DNA from: Synechococcus sp. | GTDB taxonomy: Bacteria; Cyanobacteriota; Cyanobacteriia; Thermostichales; PCC-7336 | Direction: 5' to 3' | Assembly (NCBI GenBank): GCA_051439605.1 | Contig: JBFRWN010000143.1 | Location: 1 to 29,163 of the forward strand | Length of the DNA: 29,163 nt | The notes under the pieces: generated by a model | What the model saw: only the letters and a program-made list of their open reading frames with translations | Database searches by the model: none | What the model was told of the DNA's origin: nothing | In this document: piece by piece, positions 9,264-19,421 of the stretch | Position numbering within the stretch: the first letter of the stretch is position 1 | Layout: every line of letters starts with the position of its first letter | Made by a program: the position numbers and the translations under genes

Positions 9264-10961
9264 CTAGACTCTCGCCAATGTTCTAAGCCCGTCGCCCTTA
9301 AGCGATCGCTGGCTGACAATGCTAACAGCTCTACGAAGGGCTTCAGTGCGTCTTGAAACTTGATTCTCAGACGGCACGAACTTCAAAACACCGAGTTTTT
9401 CCAAACGGCGCTGTACTGACCCAGATGCACCGACAATGAAAACCTCTAAGCCCATCTCGATCGCCTGCTCGATGGTATTTTCAATCGCCAGGGAAGAGGT
9501 AACACCCATCATGGGAACGTCACTCAAATCAACTACTAAAACGTCTTTGCCTTCTAACGCGGACTGTTCTCGTTCAATCGCCTTAGCAACTCCAAAGATC
9601 ATGGGTCCATCCAGATGAAATAACAAGATGCGATTGTTTCCATGCCTCAACAGACGATTCTCTTCTTCGCTCAGGATGATTTCGTCGTCAGCATCCGAAA
9701 TAGCGCTGAAGGACTTCACCCGCAGCTCTGTCAGTCGTTCGATGGTCAGTACGTTTGCAACAAATACCCCTAATGCAACTGCAGTTATCAAGTCTCCAAA
9801 TACCGTGACTCCGATTGTGCTGTAGGTGATGGCGGCAGCCTTGGGGGAAACGATCAAAGAACGCTTCAAGAAACTCCAATCGACAATATCGATACCCACT
9901 TTGATGGCAATTCCGGCAAGGACGGCTCTGGGAATGGCTGCTGTGGCACCGGAGGCTAGTAAAACAACGGCTAGCAAAATGACTGCGCGAATCAAGCCCG
10001 ACAATACAGTACGCCCGCCCGTTTGGATGTTAACCACGGTCCCCATCGTGGCACCAGCACCTGGCAATCCACCAAACAGTCCGGATACGATGTTACCGAT
10101 ACCTTGTCCAATCAGTTCTTTGTTGGAATTGTGTTGGGTACGTGTCAAGCTATCTGCAACCACAGATGTCAGCAAGGAATCAATACAACCCAGCATCCCG
10201 AGAACAACTGAATCGAACAAAATGACTCGCGCTTGGGCAAACGTGAATGTTGGAACGGTTAATTGGGGAATGCCAACTTCAAACGCTCCAATTCGATTAA
10301 TGTCCATCCCTTGAAATGCCAATAGCGATAGCCCTGTGGCAATTATCAATGCGAGAAGCTGGGGAGGGGCGAGCTTCTTTAACTTGCGTGGAGTCAGAAA
10401 TAAAATCGCGATGGTGGTGGCCCCGAGAATAAATTCGGGAGCGTTGAAGGATCGTACAATCTCCGGCCAGGTTTGAATGGCCCCAAACACCCCCCCCGAA
10501 GCATTCTCAAACCCGAATAATGGTGCTAGCTGCAGAACAATGAGGAGAAAGCCGATGCCGGACATAAACCCAGAGATCACTGAGTAAGGCATCAGAGTGA
10601 CGTACTTTCCCAATCTGAGAGTCCCGAACGCGATTTGGAATACGCCAGCTAGCATGACTACGGTAAATGCCATGGCCATGCCGTTCTCAGGATCGGCGGC
10701 CACTAGCGACGACACAACGGCAGTCATGACAACTGTCATCGGACCAGTTGGCTCGGATATCAGAGTTGGCGTTCCTCCGAAAAGCGAGGCAAAAAAACCA
10801 ATCAATATGGCACCGTACAAGCCGGCAGCGGGTCCTGCACCTGAAGCGACGCCAAAAGCCAGCGCCATCGGCAAGGAAACAATCGCGGCCGCTAGACCGC
10901 CAAACAGATCGCCTCTAAAATTATTGAAGTGTATTCGATTGACAAAGCGAAAAGCATTCAT
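9264..10961 (-). CDS. bicA: SulP-family Na+-dependent bicarbonate transporter BicA
   Basis: N-terminus NRIHF.N.RGDLFGG, ISEPTGPMT, LGCIDSLLTSVVAD, GAGATMGTVVNI and a C-terminal STAS domain; Mrp operon downstream and CcmR-type box upstream. Confidence 0.88.
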   Translation of the reverse strand: MNAFRFVNRIHFNNFRGDLFGGLAAAIVSLPMALAFGVASGAGPAAGLYGAILIGFFASLFGGTPTLISEPTGPMTVVMTAVVSSLVAADPENGMAMAFTVVMLAGVFQIAFGTLRLGKYVTLMPYSVISGFMSGIGFLLIVLQLAPLFGFENASGGVFGAIQTWPEIVRSFNAPEFILGATTIAILFLTPRKLKKLAPPQLLALIIATGLSLLAFQGMDINRIGAFEVGIPQLTVPTFTFAQARVILFDSVVLGMLGCIDSLLTSVVADSLTRTQHNSNKELIGQGIGNIVSGLFGGLPGAGATMGTVVNIQTGGRTVLSGLIRAVILLAVVLLASGATAAIPRAVLAGIAIKVGIDIVDWSFLKRSLIVSPKAAAITYSTIGVTVFGDLITAVALGVFVANVLTIERLTELRVKSFSAISDADDEIILSEEENRLLRHGNNRILLFHLDGPMIFGVAKAIEREQSALEGKDVLVVDLSDVPMMGVTSSLAIENTIEQAIEMGLEVFIVGASGSVQRRLEKLGVLKFVPSENQVSRRTEALRRAVSIVSQRSLKGDGLRTLARV

Positions 10962-11030
10962 CGTCCTAGCATCCCCTTCATAGATTTTTCACTGTCCTCA
11001 CCACGCAGAATCAGAAATACTATGCAATAT

Positions 11031-11046
11031 ATAGATTTATATCTAT
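11031..11046. promoter_or_regulatory. CcmR/NdhR-type LysR operator ATAG-N8-CTAT
   Basis: ATAG-ATTTATAT-CTAT, 70 nt upstream of the bicA ATG. A one-mismatch copy (ATAG-N8-CTGT) lies at 10980-10995. Confidence 0.75.
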
Positions 11047-11752
11047 GGATGCATTAAATATTATTTTAAGGATTCTATGAATGGATACTAGCATTAACTA
11101 AAGAAATTGTGAACATGCACTAATTAGTTCTTCTTAAGGCCTTGAAAAGTCATGCTTACTGTCTAGCTAGCTCTATAACGAGATAGGTATGTGGTGACCT
11201 AAGTCGAGGGATCGCCCCCCGATTGAGTTTGTCGGGTACTGCGGAATCTTCGGGATCTTTTCTCACGTGCATCTGTAGATCGAGTTCTTTGCTCGATCGG
11301 TTCCTCTATCGTTCGTTCTGATACTGTAGTGGATTTTCGGTTGCTTGCCTTGAAATCATTGCTCGCTGCATGTTGGACATCCCCAGTTTTGGGCATCAAC
11401 CACTGGGTATTGCTCTTTGTCCTGATTCGAGTCAGTTTTACCTTAGACAATCTGTCAATACCGATCGCAATCTTTTAAGAGAGTCTCATTTTGTGACGCC
11501 ATACTTTTGACTTTGACATAACGTTCGATGGAAATAGCAAGTCGCTGAACCAGAAAGTCAGTCACGGTCTATCTCCATCGATCTATCCAAATTATTCGAA
11601 AGTAACGTCCCCTGTTATGCATTTGTTTTGTGACTCGGAATTGGAAGTCACGAACGGATTGAGTCGAACGCCTATTGACGTTCTTGAAGTTTTTTCTCTC
11701 GGCACGCAAATCTGATCCCTCTCAAACCTCTTGGTCCCAAGCTGGTCTCTCA

Positions 11753-13423
11753 TTAAAACAACTTCAGCTGAACTGAGCTGGCATGGTTGTCTTGAAGATT
11801 GTCGATCTGATTGAGGGACTTTGGGCGAAATCCCGGTTTCCGAGGCTTGATATCGAGATGGGCTACAAACCAAGTTCGCAGAGACTTGACCTGTTGCGGT
11901 CTTAACGTATCTAAGTCGAGATGGGGGGGGAATAAATCGAGCTCGGTAGTCTCTGCCCATTCAACGTCGCAGGAGTGCCGGTCAGCACCGAACGGTGTCA
12001 GCGATTCAGGCATTGGTGCTAAATGGGGCAACACGTTGCTTTGATTCAGGAAAGTTTGCCGTACTTTATCCAACTGACGGACCCGGCGTTGACGAACATT
12101 TTTATAATCCAGAATTGGCTTCGGATAATTCCCGAGCTTCGGAGGAAGCCCCAATTTTTCCGCAGGCAGGTGAGCCACTTCTGGCACCCACTGGCGAATG
12201 AAGGAGCCCTCCGGGTCGCAGCGATCGACGGCTAGTTGTTGTGGGTTGTAAATGCGCGTCCAAGTTTTGTTAATGCAGTGGGTCACCCCCGCCTGCATTG
12301 CCCACTGATAGTGATCGATGGGACAGTCGCCATCGATCAGGTGACGCATAAAGTGCAAGGCACCGTAGCGCCAATCCATACCCAGCAAGTTTGTCAGAAA
12401 ACTGGCATAGATGGCACGGCCTCGAAAGTTCAGCTGTTTCCAGCCTCCTGTCGCCTGCAGGCAACGGGCAGCAGCATCGATGAGGGGAAATCCTGTCTGA
12501 CCGTCCTGCCATGCCCGATATAGATTCTCGTTAAATGTCCACCCTTCCCGATCGAAGATGCTGTAAAGCGATCGCACCTCCAGTTGAGGTAGATAGCGGA
12601 ACCGTTGGGCGAAGCCACTCCCCCACCTCAGTCGAGAGATGAATTGCTTGCGGCTGCGCTGGATTCTTCGGTCGGTAGCATTCTCCAAGGTTTGCTGCGC
12701 TGTTTGATAGCATTCACGAACGGAGATTGCACCAAACTTGATGTAAGGGCTGAGACCGGAGGTGGCCTCAGCTCCCGGATAAGAGAGTTGCCAGTAGTAG
12801 CGATCGGTTTTTTCAGCTAGAAACTCCTGCAATAACTGCCGCGCGGGCTCGCTCCCTCCAGGGGGAATTGGCTTACCATCGGGTACAAGCCCCAGATCGG
12901 TGAGTGTTGGAATGGGCTGGCTTAATACGGCCAGGGGAACTGAAATGGTAGAAGGCGCAGGGATAAGGGGTTCCCGCATCTGGGTATACCAAAGTTTTCG
13001 ATAGTCGGGATAGGGAACCAGTTCGGGGGTTGTACCCGGAGGTTCAAACCAGCGAATCTTCATGCCCTCTTTCGCTAATGCTTGATTGAGTTTTGCATCG
13101 CGCACTCGCCCATAAATCCGTTCGAAGTCGATGTAGGAATAGATTCCCTCGGCCTTTATTTCTTTGACTAAGTTGGGTAAAACCGTTGCCGGATCGCCAT
13201 AGCGAACGATCAAACGGCCGCCACGATCGCTCAGAGCCCGATCGAGCGATCTCAGACAGTCCAGCATAAATGCCACGCGGGCAACTGCAGTTTCGGGGTG
13301 AAACAGCAAAGCCCGATCCAACACAAATACGGGAACAACGGTTCCCCGTCGTGCAGCACGATACAGGGGCCCGTGATCGAAAATCCGCAAGTCTCGCCGA
13401 AACCAGACAACTGTGCAATTCAT
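11753..13423 (-). CDS. Photolyase/cryptochrome family flavoprotein, atypical
   Basis: VWFRRDLR..D, TSGLSPY.KFG.IS, W..GQTGFP.IDAA.R.L..TG, LIDGD, RIYNP and DP.G.FIR.WVPE motifs. Confidence 0.93.
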   Translation of the reverse strand: MNCTVVWFRRDLRIFDHGPLYRAARRGTVVPVFVLDRALLFHPETAVARVAFMLDCLRSLDRALSDRGGRLIVRYGDPATVLPNLVKEIKAEGIYSYIDFERIYGRVRDAKLNQALAKEGMKIRWFEPPGTTPELVPYPDYRKLWYTQMREPLIPAPSTISVPLAVLSQPIPTLTDLGLVPDGKPIPPGGSEPARQLLQEFLAEKTDRYYWQLSYPGAEATSGLSPYIKFGAISVRECYQTAQQTLENATDRRIQRSRKQFISRLRWGSGFAQRFRYLPQLEVRSLYSIFDREGWTFNENLYRAWQDGQTGFPLIDAAARCLQATGGWKQLNFRGRAIYASFLTNLLGMDWRYGALHFMRHLIDGDCPIDHYQWAMQAGVTHCINKTWTRIYNPQQLAVDRCDPEGSFIRQWVPEVAHLPAEKLGLPPKLGNYPKPILDYKNVRQRRVRQLDKVRQTFLNQSNVLPHLAPMPESLTPFGADRHSCDVEWAETTELDLFPPHLDLDTLRPQQVKSLRTWFVAHLDIKPRKPGFRPKSLNQIDNLQDNHASSVQLKLF

Positions 13424-13704
13424 AGAAAATCTGGTGGATTGAGATAGGAATAATATTACTAAATTTAGTATTTACAGTACTGTAGGTAAGATTCCATTCA
13501 CTTTAAGTCTACTTTTTTACTCTAGATCTTAAATTTCTTAGCTAGGGCTATTCGTTTTTAAGTCAACCCGATCTCACTCAACTGACAATAATACATGGAT
13601 TCGTTTAGGGAATAGGAAATAAACTGCTTTGCCTTTTTGAGGCTTAACAATAGAGCTATTATGAGATGAGTCGATAGGCTATTTCGCATTTTGGTAATTT
13701 CGTA

Positions 13705-14244
13705 ATGAACGCTCCTGCATTCTTTAAGAGTATTCTCAAGTCTAATGTCAGTCCGGGATTTTGGTCTCAATGTGGTTGGGCTCTGTTAAGAGCTTTCCTT
13801 GGCATCATGATGGTTCATAACGGCATGGATAAATTATCTGATATCCAAGGATTCTCAAAAGCTTACGTTGAGGTGATTGGATTGCCGTTTCCTCTCTTTT
13901 TCAGCTACGTTGCAGCCTTAACAGAACTCGTTGGAGCACCTTTAGTCGCGATAGGACTTCTTACACGCCCGGCATCCCTGGCGCTATTTGGGACGATGTG
14001 TGTCGCCATGTATCACCACGTCTTAGTTTCTGGCTTCAATATTCCCTACCTAGAGTTATCCGCAGTCTATGCAGCTAGCTTTCTATTTTTCGCTGCCAAT
14101 GGCGCCGGTTTGTTCTCCTTTGATGCCTTGATACTCTCTAGACTAGATGCCAGCGCCCTATCGACAAGAGCAAGACAAGTCATGAGATTGGAAAGAGCCT
14201 TTTACTCTGAAAGCTCGGAACAAGCTAGCTCTCTGATGAAGTGA
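13705..14244 (+). CDS. DoxX-family membrane protein
   Basis: LLR...G.MM.H.G..K, ELVG..L.A.GLLTR.A and GAG.FS.D motifs. Confidence 0.88.
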   Translation: MNAPAFFKSILKSNVSPGFWSQCGWALLRAFLGIMMVHNGMDKLSDIQGFSKAYVEVIGLPFPLFFSYVAALTELVGAPLVAIGLLTRPASLALFGTMCVAMYHHVLVSGFNIPYLELSAVYAASFLFFAANGAGLFSFDALILSRLDASALSTRARQVMRLERAFYSESSEQASSLMK

Positions 14245-14251
14245 GATAGGA

Positions 14252-14290
14252 TTTCAACTCACAGGTGTATCAATTTCCTGTGAGTTGAAA
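14252..14290. terminator. Probable terminator hairpin between convergent genes
   Basis: Perfect 14-bp stem TTTCAACTCACAGG / CCTGTGAGTTGAAA just after the DoxX stop, followed by CTTTATT. Confidence 0.7.
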
Positions 14291-14405
14291 CTTTATTCAT
14301 ACGGGCCTTGATAAGAATATAATTTGGATACAAGAAATCGACATTGCTGGGAATTTCAGCTCATTCATCGCTTTGAAAAATGAATACTTCCAGTTTTAAA
14401 GAGCT

Positions 14406-15353
14406 TTAAACACGGACTGTAGGATGAATAAGGCTGAAACCAGTTACCTTTAGCTTCTGATTGCTGACACGCAGGCTACTGCGACGGGGCACGGTCACTT
14501 GGGATTTATCCCATCGAGCGCCAGGTAAGCTGTAGCGTGCACAGACCAGTTCGACGAGTTGGCGAATCGTTAATTGGCTGTCATCAACAAGGTTATAGAT
14601 TCCCTGAAGTTGGTTGGAGCGAGCAAATTCTATCCCCGCAACAATGTCGTCGAGGTGCGTCCAGTTGGTGATGCGATCGCCGCTTCCAGGCAATATCAGC
14701 CCTGAAAGCCCAGCAAACATATTCACCAATTCCCGGCCAGGCCCGTAAATTCCTCCGAGGCGTAAAATACAAGTTCTGTATTCAGTCCCAACAGTCCGTA
14801 GCAAAATATCTTCTGTCTCCTGCAAGACTTGACTTTGAGGATTGGAAGCGACTAGCGGCGTTGTCTCGTCCACCCAACGACCCTGTCGATCGCCGTATAC
14901 AGAGCAACTACTGAGGTAGATCAATTGTTTAACTCTGGGGGCCTGATTCAAGGCTTTAACCAGAGTTTTGGCTGTCGCGAGATACGTTTGAGCGTAGCTA
15001 TTCGCATCGACAGCTCGAGGACCCGTTGGAGCAACACTCACCACAACCGTATCTTGGTCCTGGATGAGTGTCTGCATCGCGTCCAGATCGTTCCCCGACA
15101 GTAGAGCTACGCGCGAAGTAACGGGTTGAAGTTCTGGGAAACGAATTGCACGGGTGGTCGTTCCCGTTACAACGTGTCCCCGCTGTTGCCAGTAATCAGC
15201 TAGAGCCGAACCCACATACCCACATCCGATAATGGCCATATTTTCATACAGCGGAGACCGTTCTGACTGCTGACGGATGAGTTCCTGTAGGTAAGCCATA
15301 TCCAGGTCTGGACTATGGCTGGAGGATTGATTGATATCAATTGGGTGAGTCAC
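14406..15353 (-). CDS. NAD(P)-dependent epimerase/dehydratase-type atypical SDR
   Basis: IIGCGYVG Rossmann motif, YLSS.SVYG, LRLGGIYGPGR, N..H.DD. Start uncertain (GTG 15353, ATG 15299 or ATG 15239). Confidence 0.88.
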   Translation of the reverse strand: MTHPIDINQSSSHSPDLDMAYLQELIRQQSERSPLYENMAIIGCGYVGSALADYWQQRGHVVTGTTTRAIRFPELQPVTSRVALLSGNDLDAMQTLIQDQDTVVVSVAPTGPRAVDANSYAQTYLATAKTLVKALNQAPRVKQLIYLSSCSVYGDRQGRWVDETTPLVASNPQSQVLQETEDILLRTVGTEYRTCILRLGGIYGPGRELVNMFAGLSGLILPGSGDRITNWTHLDDIVAGIEFARSNQLQGIYNLVDDSQLTIRQLVELVCARYSLPGARWDKSQVTVPRRSSLRVSNQKLKVTGFSLIHPTVRV

Positions 15354-15423
15354 GATCGGTAGGCCTAGTTGAGATCAGTAAAGGAGCTAGTGGAGAATTC
15401 GCAAAAGCCAGAGCGGCGTTGAT

Positions 15424-16002
15424 TTAGATTGCTGAATGACTCATAGGTCTATTGGCAGCTGGAATAAGCGCTGAAGACTTTGCGGTTGCCCAGCGACGAT
15501 AATCGCGAACAAGTTGGCGCTCCAGACGATTTTTGATGGTCAGTAGAATGCCATTCAGGAAGGCTGTTCCAGTACGGTCAAGGACAGCTGCGGGCACGAG
15601 CTTCAGGGGGGCGGGCACATCCACCTCCACGTTCAAATCTGCTTGTCCCACCAGCTCGGTGGCAGAACCCATCCGTTGGGGTGAAAGCCTTCCAGCCAGT
15701 TGGAGAGAGAGGGAATCTTGAAGGAATTCAGCCCCCTCGACTTCGCATCTCACAGATTTCAAGTGGATGGTGCCATTGTCCTGCGCCCAAATCTCAAGCT
15801 CGGCGACAGGTTGGAATTGCAGCATCATGAACTGCAGCGATCGCAATCTCAAACGAAAGCGGGATGGGTTGAGCTGTTCGACTCGACTTGAATCGGTAAT
15901 GGCCCCAACGAGCCGTTGAGGTTGGCGCAAGTAATGCTCGATCGGGATAGTCTCGTTGATGACATTCAACTGCAGGCGCTGGGATACGTAAAAACTTTGC
16001 AT
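15424..16002 (-). CDS. DUF1997-domain protein
   Basis: PIEHYLRQPQRLV....D.SR.EQL....FRL, G.ADL.V.V..P and IK.RL..QL..DY..W pattern. Confidence 0.8.
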   Translation of the reverse strand: MQSFYVSQRLQLNVINETIPIEHYLRQPQRLVGAITDSSRVEQLNPSRFRLRLRSLQFMMLQFQPVAELEIWAQDNGTIHLKSVRCEVEGAEFLQDSLSLQLAGRLSPQRMGSATELVGQADLNVEVDVPAPLKLVPAAVLDRTGTAFLNGILLTIKNRLERQLVRDYRRWATAKSSALIPAANRPMSHSAI

Positions 16003-16111
16003 GGGCTGTTCAATCCAAGGGAACTTGGAATGTCATTGGGTCAGTCAAAAAGAAATGCGTTGCTCAGGGCCAGTTTGAAATAGCAATTGCTGGCCCCGAG
16101 TCCGAGCTTCG

Positions 16112-18577
16112 CTAAGCAGGGCTAACACCGACGAGGGCAGGGGCTTGCTTTTTCAGGACTTGCACCCTGGCATCGCCATCAACATCGAGAATGGCAGTGT
16201 CACCAGACCGAATTCGCTCTGCCAGGATGGCCTCCGCTAGGGGATCTTCCACCAGTCGCGAGACCGCTCGTCTGAGGGGGCGAGCGCCGTAGGTTGGGTC
16301 GTACCCTTCGGCAACCAGCCGATCTTTGAACGCTTCGGTTACCTCGATGGCTATCTGCCGTTCGGCCAGGCGACTGGAAACATTCCGCAGCAGTAAATCG
16401 GCAATTTGTCGTACTTCATCCCGATTGAGCTGCCGGAAAACAACGATGTCATCTAGCCGGTTGATAAATTCCGGTCGGAAAGCCAGTTGTAATGCTGCTT
16501 TGACTTGGGCAGTCGTGCGGTTGTACCGGGCTGTGGCTTCATTGGTGTTGGAGATAGCGAAACCAAGACCGCTTCCACCTTTTTCAATTGCCTGCGCTCC
16601 TAGGTTGGAGGTCATAACAATCAATGTATTTTTGAAATTCACCACCCGACCCTGAGAATCGGTCAAGTGACCGTCCTCCAATAGTTGCAGGAGGAGGTTG
16701 AACACATCGGGATGGGCCTTCTCGATCTCGTCCAGCAGTAACAGAGAGTAGGGTTGGCGGCGAACTGCTTCTGTCAGCTGCCCGCCTTCGCCGTAGCCAA
16801 TGTAACCGGGAGGCGAGCCGATCAATTTGGAGACCGACTGCCGTTCCATGTACTCGGACATATCCAGACGAATCATGGATTCTTCCGAGCCGAAGACACT
16901 GGCAGCCAGTGCTTTGGTCAGTTCGGTTTTACCCACTCCCGTCGGACCGCAGAACATAAAGCTGGCAATGGGTCGGTTGGGATTTCCCAAGCCAACTCGA
17001 GCGCGTCGAATGGCGCGAGAGACCGCTTTGACCGCCTCTTCTTGACCGATGAGGCGCTCGTGCAATGTCCCTTCCAGATTCAACAGCCTGACCGATTCCG
17101 TTTCGGTCAATTGGTTAACCGGTATTTTGGTCCAGGCGGCGAGTACCTGAGCGATGTCTTCTGCTTCCACGACAATCTGGCTGCTTTGTAGTTCGCCATC
17201 GCTCGACTGTTGCAGTTGATGTTCGAGCTCGATTTCTCGATCGCGCAATTTGCTCGCTTGCTCGAAGTCTTGAGCTTGCACTGCAGCATTCTTTTCTGCA
17301 GCAATCTGACGCAGCTCTTGCCTAACAGAACGACTGGCAGACTGTTGGCTGTGGCGCAGGCGTACCCTCGAACCTGCCTCGTCAATCAAATCGATTGCTT
17401 TATCCGGCAGGTAGCGATCGCTGATGTAGCGAGCCGACAGAGTCGCAGCCGCTCGGAGAGCTTCATCGGAGAATGCGAGGCGATGGTGCTGCTCGTACTG
17501 TTGGCGAATTCCCAGCAGAATTTCAACGGTGTCCTCCACGCTGGGTTCGTCCACCATCACGGGCTGGAAACGACGCTCGAGCGCCGCATCCTTTTCGATG
17601 TACTGGCGGTATTCGTCCAGAGTCGTGGCTCCAATGCATTGCAATTCACCTCGGGCTAGTGCAGGCTTGAGCAGATTTGCAGCATCTGTACCGCCCCCTT
17701 GAGCGCCAGCTCCCACCAAGGTATGGATTTCATCTATAACCAAAATGACGTTGCCTGACTCCTGCACTTCAGCCACAATTTGCTTCAGGCGTTCTTCAAA
17801 CTCCCCCCGGAACTGTGTGCCTGCCAGCAGAGAGCCAACGTTCAAGCTGACAACTGACTTTCCGATCAGTGCTTCCGGGACGTCTTGATTGACGATGCGC
17901 TGTGCCAGTCCTTCGGCAAGAGCCGTTTTCCCTACCCCGGGGGGGCCGAGCAGAACGGGATTATTCTTGCTGCGGCGACCGAGGATTTGAACGACCCGCT
18001 CAATTTCTCGAGCTCGGCCCACGACCGGATCGATTTTGTTGTCGGCTGCCAGTTGAGTAAGGTCTGTTGCAAATTCGGCCAACACTCGATTTTGAGACGA
18101 TGCATCTCCAGCCCCGCGCCTATCTCCTGCCAAAACTGCCTGTTTCTCGGCCAGTGCTAGGACCATTTGCTTGCAAATTTCTTCCGGCATAACTCCTAGA
18201 TTGCGCAGAATGTTTGCTGCCGAGCCATCGGCATCTGTCAGCAAAGCCAAAAGCAAGTGCTCGGAACCGACAAAATCGTGGTCCCACTGACGAGACTGTT
18301 CCACAGCTCCTTCCAAAACGTATCTGATGTTAATAGCGAAGGGAATGTCAGACGGTGAGGAGCCCGAACCCTGCCCAATCGCCTCCTCAACTGCCTCCTG
18401 AACAACTCGCAGAGTCAGTCCCGAATTTCTCAGTACCTTGGTAGCAACGCTGTCCCCTTGGGCAACGATCCCCACTAGCAGTAATTCCTGACCGACAAAA
18501 CTTTGCTTTAGAAGTCGGGCTTCCTGCTGAGCAATGGCGATTGCCGCGATCACTTCTCTGTTGAATTTATCGAACAT
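16112..18577 (-). CDS. clpC: ATP-dependent Clp protease ATP-binding subunit, ClpC type (divergent N-domain)
   Basis: Two Clp-N repeats; AAA1 ([13 protein letters not shown]); UVR-type coiled coil; AAA2 ([21 protein letters not shown]); LGF ClpP-docking loop; GARPLRR. Confidence 0.9.
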   Translation of the reverse strand: MFDKFNREVIAAIAIAQQEARLLKQSFVGQELLLVGIVAQGDSVATKVLRNSGLTLRVVQEAVEEAIGQGSGSSPSDIPFAINIRYVLEGAVEQSRQWDHDFVGSEHLLLALLTDADGSAANILRNLGVMPEEICKQMVLALAEKQAVLAGDRRGAGDASSQNRVLAEFATDLTQLAADNKIDPVVGRAREIERVVQILGRRSKNNPVLLGPPGVGKTALAEGLAQRIVNQDVPEALIGKSVVSLNVGSLLAGTQFRGEFEERLKQIVAEVQESGNVILVIDEIHTLVGAGAQGGGTDAANLLKPALARGELQCIGATTLDEYRQYIEKDAALERRFQPVMVDEPSVEDTVEILLGIRQQYEQHHRLAFSDEALRAAATLSARYISDRYLPDKAIDLIDEAGSRVRLRHSQQSASRSVRQELRQIAAEKNAAVQAQDFEQASKLRDREIELEHQLQQSSDGELQSSQIVVEAEDIAQVLAAWTKIPVNQLTETESVRLLNLEGTLHERLIGQEEAVKAVSRAIRRARVGLGNPNRPIASFMFCGPTGVGKTELTKALAASVFGSEESMIRLDMSEYMERQSVSKLIGSPPGYIGYGEGGQLTEAVRRQPYSLLLLDEIEKAHPDVFNLLLQLLEDGHLTDSQGRVVNFKNTLIVMTSNLGAQAIEKGGSGLGFAISNTNEATARYNRTTAQVKAALQLAFRPEFINRLDDIVVFRQLNRDEVRQIADLLLRNVSSRLAERQIAIEVTEAFKDRLVAEGYDPTYGARPLRRAVSRLVEDPLAEAILAERIRSGDTAILDVDGDARVQVLKKQAPALVGVSPA

Positions 18578-18729
18578 AGGTGCCACCAATAGCTTTCAAA
18601 GAATCGATGTCGCGAGGCTCCTCGATAGAAGCCATGAGCACTACGATTGCAGATCGAATAGCAACAAATAACTACAAAACGGAACTGTCCATTTACTGTG
18701 ATTTCGAGCGATTCACCAACACTTCCGTA

Positions 18730-18747
18730 TTTGTTAATATTTGTAAC
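18730..18747 (-). promoter_or_regulatory. HLR1-like (RpaB) site upstream of clpC
   Basis: Minus strand GTTACAAA-TA-TTAACAAA, one mismatch to consensus. Confidence 0.6.
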
Positions 18748-18894
18748 TTCTATTATTAATCTATTGGTGTTTTTCTCTGAGAAACAGGGTGGATAACCGA
18801 ACTATTGAGCAAGCAATGTAAAAGGAATAACTATTTGTGAGTATCTACCTAGAGTCTGGCCGCTTCTGTAAATTCAGCTCAGAATAACTTCACT

Positions 18895-19220
18895 TTAATG
18901 ACTCAGGTGTTCTTGTAAATCTTCTGTATTGTTTTACAGGTTTTGAAACTCTGATCGGTCAATTTAATATGCGCAAGCGGCAGTTAGGTTGAGGAGAGCA
19001 GCAGATTTTCTACGAGTTAAATCGTTACTTTCATCTATTCCCTCAATCTCAGAGAGAGAATTTCTTTCTTGCCCTGTATTAGCCCTTCTAGCAACTACTT
19101 TACATCTACCTTCAGGCTGTCGCGAGTGGCAGATTCTTCAGTATAGGTGCCCGCATGTTCAATGCGCTGACTCAAATTGACCTCTTCATCTCCAACGGGA
19201 AACTTGAAAGAGAGCGTGCG
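18895..19220 (-). pseudogene. Decayed 3' fragment of a group 2 sigma factor gene (regions 3.2-4)
   Basis: Manual translation RTLSFKFPVGDEEVNLSQRIEHAGTYTEESATRDSLKVDVK*LLEGLIQGKKEILSLRL/frameshift/GIDESNDLTRRKSAALLNLTAACAY*IDRSEFQNL*NNTEDLQEHLSH* is collinear with the C-terminus of the adjacent sigma factor (19458-19781). Confidence 0.85.
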
Positions 19221-19229
19221 CTAGATAAG

Positions 19230-19373
19230 CTAGCTTTTTCTGCGCCGGCATCGTTCCGAGCAGTATTTGACTTCTTCCCAACAGCTCGCCCACTTCTTAC
19301 GCCAAGCAAACGGGCGATTGCAGACAGGGCAGATCTTGGATGGAAAATCTGACTTAAGACGCTGTCGTGCCAT
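19230..19373 (-). CDS. DUF2256-family small Cys-rich protein (47 aa)
   Basis: Below the ORF-track size range. [47 protein letters not shown] matches the P.K.C..C.RPF.WRKKW...W.EV.YCS.RCR signature. Confidence 0.92.
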   Translation of the reverse strand: MARQRLKSDFPSKICPVCNRPFAWRKKWASCWEEVKYCSERCRRRKS

Positions 19374-19421
19374 TTATTTAGCAATGACCTACTCAATCAG
19401 GTAATTGGTAAAACGTAATTC

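Noticed and set aside
11199..11450. 83-aa minus-strand ORF upstream of bicA
   Set aside because: TTG start, no SD, low-complexity R/S/T-rich composition and no motif; probably spurious.
13467..13481. Possible cyanobacterial LexA box AGTAT-N5-GTACT
   Set aside because: The spacer is one base longer than the AGTAC-N4-GTWC consensus, and there is a half-site mismatch.
16112..18577. Alternative call as ClpB
   Set aside because: Short UVR-type middle domain and an LGF ClpP-docking loop indicate ClpC.
18989..19396. Track ORFs 18989-19180, 19155-19352 and 19172-19396
   Set aside because: They are alternative-frame or antisense shadows of the DUF2256 gene and the sigma pseudogene fragment.
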